Source: Tubiluchus corallicola
Taxonomy: Eukaryota; Animalia; Priapulida
Assembly: GCA_030141605.1 (NCBI GenBank)
Contig: JAQGDQ010001682.1
Coordinates: 1 to 29,729, forward strand
Reading direction: 5' to 3'
Length of the DNA stretch: 29,729 nt
Shown here: positions 22,670-29,729 of the stretch, piece after piece
Numbering within the stretch: the stretch's first letter is position 1
How the letters are laid out: every line of letters starts with the position of its first letter
Translations under genes and position numbers: made by a program
The notes under the pieces: model-generated
Databases searched by the model: none
What the model saw: only the letters and a program-made list of their open reading frames with translations
What the model was told of the DNA's origin: nothing

Positions 22670-24382
22670 TATCAGCAATGGTTTGTTTATTCTTTAGAAC
22701 TTTAGTTTAAGTTTGGTTTAGTATTCAAAGTTGGAATGTTCATGAAAATAATGGGAAATGGAACTACATTAGCGATTGTTTTCAAATGGGTTCAATTGTT
22801 AAGAGAACAATTTCACTAATGCAGCTGTAACGTTTAGTGAGAAAATTCTAGAATGACCAAGATTCTGGTATAGTTCTGGTACCAAGATCATGTACTTCAC
22901 AGGCTAAAGCTCCCTAGTAATCAAAATATGATGATTGCGAAATAGAAATCGACTGCAGTTAAACGTTGTAATGCAATAGCTATTTCAATCATGGGGTTTT
23001 TTTTAATTTATATCAACCCTAGACGTGATTCTAAATTTTGGGCTCTAATGTGGCTGAACTTTCTTCTGTTTTACACCGAAACGTACGGGTTTAGTTCATC
23101 CGATGCAGACAAATCTGGTGAAATTTCTCCAAACGTTTGCGCTTTTGCTCGTCCAATTGACAAAGTTCAGATGGAATATGAAATTGATAGAGGAAGATTC
23201 GTTGATCGTGTTTCACATGAAACGTGTCCAGTTGGTTCAGAAACAATCTGCGAGGAAGACTGCGGTAAGTTCTACTTTGTGGAAGAACAGTCTGATCTTA
23301 ATCTGGAATCTTCCCGGTATGTAGGATGGAATGAATTGAAAGACTGTGGTATCGAATTTAAGAAGCCATTTTGTCTTCTGGAGATTTTCAATGACGATGA
23401 GAAGCCGGCACGATGTCGTATTGCCTCAGTCTACTTGAAAGTATGGGAAGATACTCGTCCTGTTCAACAAAGAGGTTCAGCATCTGAATGGCAAAATATT
23501 AACACGTTTAGAACGGCAAAGAGAGTAAAACGACGTGATGGAGAAACTGGTAGAGAGAGACGGAATCTTGCTGACGAATCTTGCAAACAGTTTATTAGTT
23601 GTTTGAACGGTTGTCGCAACAAGGATTGTGAGACAGCCAAGGACAAGAAGTTTTGTAGGAAATGGTGCTGGATGGCCTGTAGAGTTCACGCAAGGTGTGT
23701 CTGTGAGTGTGATAGTAAGTGTGGCGATGATCTCTCGTGCACGGAAGGCTGTGAAGATTTCTGCGCTTGCGTATTGGAGCGCAAGAGGGAATGCCCTGAA
23801 TGTAAGAAAAAATGTAAAGACCACGGAAATCATCATGGGTGTGATTCAGAATGTGCATATCATGATCCTAAGACATCAGAGAAATGCCATCAAGATAGTG
23901 TAGCTTCCTGTAACCTGAAGTTTGCAACAACAACAACAACAACTACTACTACTACTACTACTACTACTACAACAACAACTACTACTACCACCACAACAAC
24001 AACACTGCCTATAATAGTTGTTCGGTGCCAGAGTGAGTGTAGAGCTCTGTGTTTTGCTGTCAAGGATCCAGAAACGTGCAAGACCATCTGCGAACAAAAT
24101 TGCATAGAAAGCTATAGAACGACTACGACACCTACCAGACGGCGACGGCGAGCATCAGTTGGAGACTGTGACAACTGTCGGCCAACGTGTGCAAACTGTG
24201 GTGTGAAACACGCAACTGATGCAAAAAACAGTAATAAACGCAAGATAAAATACGAAGGCTGGAATCAAACTCTCCCGGACATAATGAAGTTCTCGTTTGT
24301 TAACTTGAGTTACACTGAAGCAGAAAAGGACGTATTCGGTTTCTTAAAAGATTCATACACTGTCTTCCACTATAATGTAAAT
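22670..24382 (+). repeat. Left arm of long inverted duplication (pairs with 28017-29729)
   Basis: Paired coordinates always sum to 52399 (no net indels); 5 substitutions seen. The outer limit is set by the window end. Confidence 0.97.
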
Positions 24383-24499
24383 TTCACGTTTCATTCAGCA
24401 ATACCCGCTGAAGGGATACTCGTGTGCACTTCAAAAAACTGGTCGAACAATTACCGCCTCTTCATGCAAATTCGGAAATGTAACTGCCAACCCGTATAA
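22991..24499 (+). CDS. Uncharacterised secreted-type Cys-rich precursor protein, 502 aa, copy 1
   Basis: Long intronless ORF in AT-rich DNA; hydrophobic N-terminus (alternative start M20 at 23048), polybasic sites RVKRR, RERR and RRRRR, CX3CX3C repeats, 26-Thr run (23927-24004). Confidence 0.8.
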   Translation: MGFFLIYINPRRDSKFWALMWLNFLLFYTETYGFSSSDADKSGEISPNVCAFARPIDKVQMEYEIDRGRFVDRVSHETCPVGSETICEEDCGKFYFVEEQSDLNLESSRYVGWNELKDCGIEFKKPFCLLEIFNDDEKPARCRIASVYLKVWEDTRPVQQRGSASEWQNINTFRTAKRVKRRDGETGRERRNLADESCKQFISCLNGCRNKDCETAKDKKFCRKWCWMACRVHARCVCECDSKCGDDLSCTEGCEDFCACVLERKRECPECKKKCKDHGNHHGCDSECAYHDPKTSEKCHQDSVASCNLKFATTTTTTTTTTTTTTTTTTTTTTTTTTLPIIVVRCQSECRALCFAVKDPETCKTICEQNCIESYRTTTTPTRRRRRASVGDCDNCRPTCANCGVKHATDAKNSNKRKIKYEGWNQTLPDIMKFSFVNLSYTEAEKDVFGFLKDSYTVFHYNVNFTFHSAIPAEGILVCTSKNWSNNYRLFMQIRKCNCQPV

Positions 24500-24578
24500 T
24501 TATAGGTAGCGAATTAGTAAACCACAAAAAAGAGGTAAAAAGGAAAAAAAGTGCTAGTTCCTTCTATGAAACGAATTA

Positions 24579-25033
24579 CCGTATTTTCCCGCGTATAAGA
24601 GACCCTTTTTTGCTCAGAATTTTCACTTTAAAAATAGGGGGTCTCTTATACATGGGAGTAAGTCTTTTCAATAAGATGCATAAATTGTGACACTAATGAT
24701 TTTAAAGAAATAAGTGCTCTACAACTGTTTTGCATGTCGCGTTCGACTATGAAGCGGTTGTAAGCAATACAAGCATCGTGACACAGGCATTATCTCCTCG
24801 TTTTCTCTTTTCCTGTTACAGGTTTGCAGGTACGCACTTTAATATATACCAGTACTCTTTTTCTACAACACATTAACTGGTTTTATTTTGTTTTCAGTAC
24901 CGCACTGAGTTGAAAAAAGTTGTACTTTACCCTCTAAAAATGTCCGTCTGAAAAAACTTTTTTCCAGAATTTTTGCCTAAAAATTGAAGGGGTCTCTTAT
25001 ACACAAGGGTCTCTTATACACGGGAAAATACGG
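24579..25033 (+). mobile_element. pogo/Tc2-type MITE, subtype A
   Basis: TIRs and TA TSD as in 15274-15711. Confidence 0.92.
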
Positions 25034-25305
25034 TACATTTAAACGCAAGACTCATATAAATTCATTTCGATTCATATCTGCTGTTAACAGCCGAATTCTT
25101 TACTGATAACTTTCGTTGTGTTGCAGACCTGTTACAGACTTTACGTTAATTACATCTGAATCGCTGCCTTTGGTATCAATTCTTTAACAGAAACCAGTTC
25201 AAGGAAAGAAGGATTTTGTAATAAAAGTGCAATAAGAACCTCGTGTAATTAGTAAAATCATTTTAAAGTCACGATCATAGACACTCGGGCGCTGCCATTT
25301 TGATA

Positions 25306-25420
25306 GCCCATTTTTCCACCAATGACGTCATTTTGAAAGCCCATTTTTCCACCAATGACGTCATTTTGAAAGCCCATTTTTCCACCAATGACGTCATTTT
25401 GAAAGCCCATTTTTCCACCA
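25306..25420. promoter_or_regulatory. 33-bp tandem repeat x3.5 with three perfect CRE sites
   Basis: GCCCATTTTTCCACCAATGACGTCATTTTGAAA. The repeat is certain; the regulatory role is inference. Confidence 0.45.
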
Positions 25421-26414
25421 GTGAGGTAGTTTATCAGCTGAAGAAAAGCAATTCTCTATAAAAGCATAATAAGTTTTTACAAAAATTAGATGGTTAATTT
25501 CGTGGTATTTTTGCATGAAGTAAGTAGCAGTAAGTACAGAAAGTGGTTTCTTTTTCAATGTTATATCAATTTACATGTATGTTTGAGTTGCTGTGGAATA
25601 AATTCATAATTCATATTCCTGGATAACTTGAAGTCATCCTCCGGGACATTGTTATAATAAATTGAAATGAATTTAATAATTTTGCTGTTAGTTGTGGTTT
25701 TTTCGTGTCATATTTAAAGTCCAGATTTTTTAGATAAACCGTGACTTGAAGACGGTATAAAATAGTTACGTAGCCACATAACAGATAGACCGTGGTAGCA
25801 CAAGTTGTACTAACCTAATAGACTGTTCTAGAAAAAAGAGTCAATAAACCTTCTGGAACATTCGACTGGCAATATTCGTAATTATCTAACTTCGGCCGAC
25901 ATTTCAAATTACGTGAATCCAACAAGATTGGCAATTTCACACGAATAAATTAATATACGTACCGTTAGCAATACACTTTTCAACCCACAAATCGTTATTA
26001 GTGGAAGAAAACGTTTATTTCTAATTAGCAGGATTTACTCCCTAAATTTTGATTCAAGCGTTTCAATATTTTCTTTTATTTTGTTCAGAATGTTAAGAAA
26101 ATTATTAAGATTGCAATAGGGTAATTAAGAATGAGGTAGCACACAGTCTAACACTTCTGGTAATACTTACCTGGTCAGTTGGCTGTCAGAGATCTATGAA
26201 TAAACATGTGCTGTTACTGATTTGTATAAATAAACTCACCTGTGTTCTACCTATGCTGATATCTTAGCAATTTACCGTCAGAAATTCTTCATAGCGTAAA
26301 TTTGTTGAGAAAATTTTTACGGACCCAGTACGGAAATTCACTTATCGCGGGTGGGCCTGGAACGGAACACCAGCGATAAGTGAGGGAACACTGTAAATTA
26401 CAACGAAATACATA

Positions 26415-26816
26415 CCGTATTTTCCCATGTATAAGAGACCCTTTTTTGCTCAGAATTTTCACTTTAAAAATAGGGGGTCTCTTATACATGGGAGTAAGTC
26501 TGGGTCCTCAAGGCATGGAATGGTGTAAAGCCAGAGGTCATTATTAAATCTTTCAAGAAGTGTGGCATCTCCAATGCCATGGACGGCACAGAGGACAATG
26601 CCATTTTTGAGCAGAGTGACTCCTCTGATGATGAACTGGCTGGAATTGCTGAAGGTCTGACTCCAGTTGATATTTTTGATGAGAGTGATGAGGAATTTAA
26701 TGATTTCTATGATGAATAAAGTTATTCATTACCAAAAAACTTTTTTCCAGAATTTTTGCCTAAAAATTGAAGGGGTCTCTTATACACAAGGGTCTCTTAT
26801 ACATGGGAAAATACGG
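26415..26816 (+). mobile_element. pogo/Tc2-type deletion derivative, subtype B
   Basis: Near-identical to 21533-21948; TA TSD. Confidence 0.92.
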
Positions 26817-27716
26817 TACATTAGAAACAGTGTGTGTTGCATAGTAATTAATCAGAAATAGTTTGAGCTGCTTCCCACTGTTGTTTGTGCAAGACAAATT
26901 GTGCAATAGAATTTTTTATTGCACATCTTTCATTATACAAAATTATGTCTTTTGTACTCGTTAACAGCCCAGTTGAGTATTGATTTTTCGATAGATTTGA
27001 ATGTAATTACTTCTTGGTTAAGTTATTACTTTATAACTGTTCTCCCAAACAAGAAGTTTAAATTCCCCAGTTCCTGGCGTTCAGAAGGCCTGAGTTCGAA
27101 TCTGGTTAGGAACATGTCTGGTTTTCCTTCTTTTATTTTAATGAGTCCCAAATGCAAGTCATGCATTAATGCCATGTAAAAGTTGTTTAAGTAAAGCCTG
27201 TTTTTTTTTTTTCGTTCAACGCAATAACGTTAAAGAGTCCGCTTGTCATTCGCGCTATAGTTTTCGGAAAAGTTTTCAATATAAATTATATATTAACGAT
27301 TTTGTGTGTTTAACTTACCGTGGTTTTACATTTATATTGTCGCATTGGAGTAACCATACTTTTGACCAAATGACTGAACTATGGCAGCCGTTTGCTGCTA
27401 AGCCAAACTTTTATATGTTGTAGGTATAATAAAACGTTATAAACTGAACTGGACTGTACTTATGTAATGCAACAACAAGTACTGTCAACACTGTAGAAGA
27501 TATTGGCATTATTAATTTTATCAGAATTAAACGCTATGTGGTGCCACCTGCCCGAAATTATTAAAATTAAACTAAAAAAAGCACACCAGGTGGGCGTGAA
27601 ATGTTTGGAAAATATGCAGGAAATGTTGTAAAACTGTAATAGAGTCAGTCGGAAGTCAGAATTTTTCTCAACATCGGAGAAGATCTGGTTTGATTTTAGC
27701 AAATGTTCCGTTTCAG

Positions 27717-27809
27717 GATCTGGTGCAAAGAATTAACGAAAACTTTGGCAAACTGTTTAGTTCGCTCAAGTGCGCCGGTCAAGTCGAACTGAACTGGGAC
27801 GACAATCCG
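27717..27809 (+). CDS. SMC5: SMC5 exon G (end of coiled coil, entry to C-terminal head)
   Basis: tttcag|GAT..CCG|gtaagt, 93 nt. DLVQRINENFGKLFSSLKCAGQVEL vs recalled [25 protein letters not shown]. Confidence 0.95.
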
Positions 27810-28004
27810 GTAAGTTGCAGGAGAGTGTTCGGAACGTTTTCCGTCTCCTCGGATAGAATTTCATTTCACTTTCGAATGTTTTTTGTTTATTTTAAATCCG
27901 GAACGTCTTTGTTTTTTCACTCTTTAAAGCTCACTCAAAATCATAATTACATATTATATTTTCCTTTCTCAACTTTCAGGTTTATTGCTCTTATACCATT
28001 GCTA

Positions 28005-29408
28005 TTATTCATCCTTATTTACATTATAGTGGAAGACAGTGTATGAATCTTTTAAGAAACCGAATACATCCTTTTCTGCTTCAGTGTAACTCAAGTTAAC
28101 AAACGAGAACTTCATTATGTCCGGGAGAGTTTGATTCCAGCCTTCGTATTTTATCTTGCGTTTATTACTGTTTTTTTCATCAGTTGCGTGCTTCACACCG
28201 CAGTTTGCACACGTTGGCTGACAGTTGTCACAGTCTCCAACTGATGCTCGCCGTCGCCGTCTGGTAGGTGTCGTAGTCGTTCTATAGCTTTCTATGCAAT
28301 TTTGTTCGCAGATGGTCTTGCACGTTTCTGGATCCTTGACAGCAAAACACAGAGCTCTACACTCACTCTGGCACCGAACAACTATTATAGGCAGTGTTGT
28401 TGTTGTGGTGGTAGTAGTAGTTGTTGTTGTAGTAGTAGTAGTAGTAGTAGTAGTAGTTGTTGTTGTTGTTGTTGCAAACTTCAGGTTACAGGAAGCTACA
28501 CTATCTTGATGGCATTTCTCTGATGTCTTAGGATCATGATATGCACATTCTGAATCACACCCATGATGATTTCCGTGGTCTTTACATTTTTTCTTACATT
28601 CAGGGCATTCCCTCTTGCGCTCCAATACGCAAGCGCAGAAATCTTCACAGCCTTCCGTGCACGAGAGATCATCGCCACACTTACTATCACACTCACAGAC
28701 ACACCTTGCGTGAACTCTACAGGCCATCCAGCACCATTTCCTACAAAACTTCTTGTCCTTGGCTGTCTCACAATCCTTGTTGCGACAACCGTTCAAACAA
28801 CTAATAAACTGTTTGCAAGATTCGTCAGCAAGATTCCGTCTCTCTCTACCAGTTTCTCCATCACGTCGTTTTACTCTCTTTGCCGTTCTAAACGTGTTAA
28901 TATTTTGCCATTCAGATGCTGAACCTCTTTGTTGAACAGGACGAGTATCTTCCCATACTTTCAAGTAGACTGAGGCAATACGACATCGTGCCGGCTTCTC
29001 ATCGTCATTGAAAATCTCCAGAAGACAAAATGGCTTCTTAAATTCGATACCACAGTCTTTCAATTCATTCCATCCTACATACCGGGAAGATTCCAGATTA
29101 AGATCAGACTGTTCTTCCACAAAGTAGAACTTACCGCAGTCTTCCTCGCAGATTGTTTCTGAACCAACTGGACACGTTTCATGTGAAACACGATCAACGA
29201 ATCTTCCTCTATCAATTTCATATTCCATCTGAACTTTGTCAATTGGACGAGCAAAAGCGCAAACGTTTGGAGAAATTTCACCAGATTTGTCTGCATCGGA
29301 TGAACTAAACCCGTACGTTTCGGTGTAAAACAGAAGAAAGTTCAGCCACATTAGAGCCCAAAATTTAGAATCACGTCTAGGGTTGATATAAATTAAAAAA
29401 AACCCCAT
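28005..29408 (-). CDS. Cys-rich precursor protein copy 2, 467 aa, C-terminally truncated
   Basis: Identical to copy 1 except R>Q and A>E; after ..HYNVN the ORF runs into unrelated flank (KDE*). Confidence 0.7.
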   Translation of the reverse strand: MGFFLIYINPRRDSKFWALMWLNFLLFYTETYGFSSSDADKSGEISPNVCAFARPIDKVQMEYEIDRGRFVDRVSHETCPVGSETICEEDCGKFYFVEEQSDLNLESSRYVGWNELKDCGIEFKKPFCLLEIFNDDEKPARCRIASVYLKVWEDTRPVQQRGSASEWQNINTFRTAKRVKRRDGETGRERRNLADESCKQFISCLNGCRNKDCETAKDKKFCRKWCWMACRVHARCVCECDSKCGDDLSCTEGCEDFCACVLERKRECPECKKKCKDHGNHHGCDSECAYHDPKTSEKCHQDSVASCNLKFATTTTTTTTTTTTTTTTTTTTTTTTTTLPIIVVRCQSECRALCFAVKDPETCKTICEQNCIESYRTTTTPTRRRRRASVGDCDNCQPTCANCGVKHATDEKNSNKRKIKYEGWNQTLPDIMKFSFVNLSYTEAEKDVFGFLKDSYTVFHYNVNKDE

Positions 29409-29729
29409 GATTGAAATAGCTATTGCATTACAACGTTTAACTGCAGTCGATTTCTATTTCGCAATCATCATATTTTGATTACTAGGGAGCTTTAGCCTGT
29501 GAAGTACATGATCTTGGTACCAGAACTATACCAGAATCTTGGTCATTCTAGAATTTTCTCACTAAACGTTACAGCTGCATTAGTGAAATTGTTCTCTTAA
29601 CAATTGAACCCATTTGAAAACAATCGCTAATGTAGTTCCATTTCCCATTATTTTCATGAACATTCCAACTTTGAATACTAAACCAAACTTAAACTAAAGT
29701 TCTAAAGAATAAACAAACCATTGCTGATA
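28017..29729 (-). repeat. Right arm of long inverted duplication, runs off the window
   Basis: Reverse complement of 22670-24382. Confidence 0.97.

Noticed and set aside
23464-24105. Short overlapping and antisense ORFs within the Cys-rich gene (mirrored at 28294-29296)
   Set aside because: Shadow frames of the main ORF and its Thr microsatellite.
24420-24499. TGF-beta/cystine-knot assignment from terminal MQIRKCNC after a furin site
   Set aside because: The upstream CxGxC and CC spacing is absent, so the terminal resemblance alone is insufficient.

Overview
AT-rich, repeat-dense animal (probably invertebrate) genomic DNA, not prokaryotic. The backbone is a + strand SMC5 gene: seven GT-AG, phase-0 exons (7558-27809) encoding the post-hinge coiled coil up to the start of the C-terminal head. 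Its other exons appear to lie outside the window. Its introns hold (i) an antisense gustatory-receptor-like 7TM exon (2581-3693) and (ii) two convergent, near-identical copies of an intronless, apparently secreted, Cys-rich, furin-site-containing protein that I cannot assign to a family (22991-24499 +, 28005-29408 -). These copies form a >=1.7 kb inverted repeat around one SMC5 exon and may be cargo of a CR1-type retroelement. Also present: a 5S-rRNA-headed bipartite RTE-type SINE, a foldback-like element whose arm has expanded into a 42-bp minisatellite carrying about 55 perfect splice-donor motifs, a G-rich minisatellite, pogo/Tc2, Tigger-like and hAT MITEs, LINE remnants and a tandem CRE array. 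Family assignments are from motif recall, not database searches.
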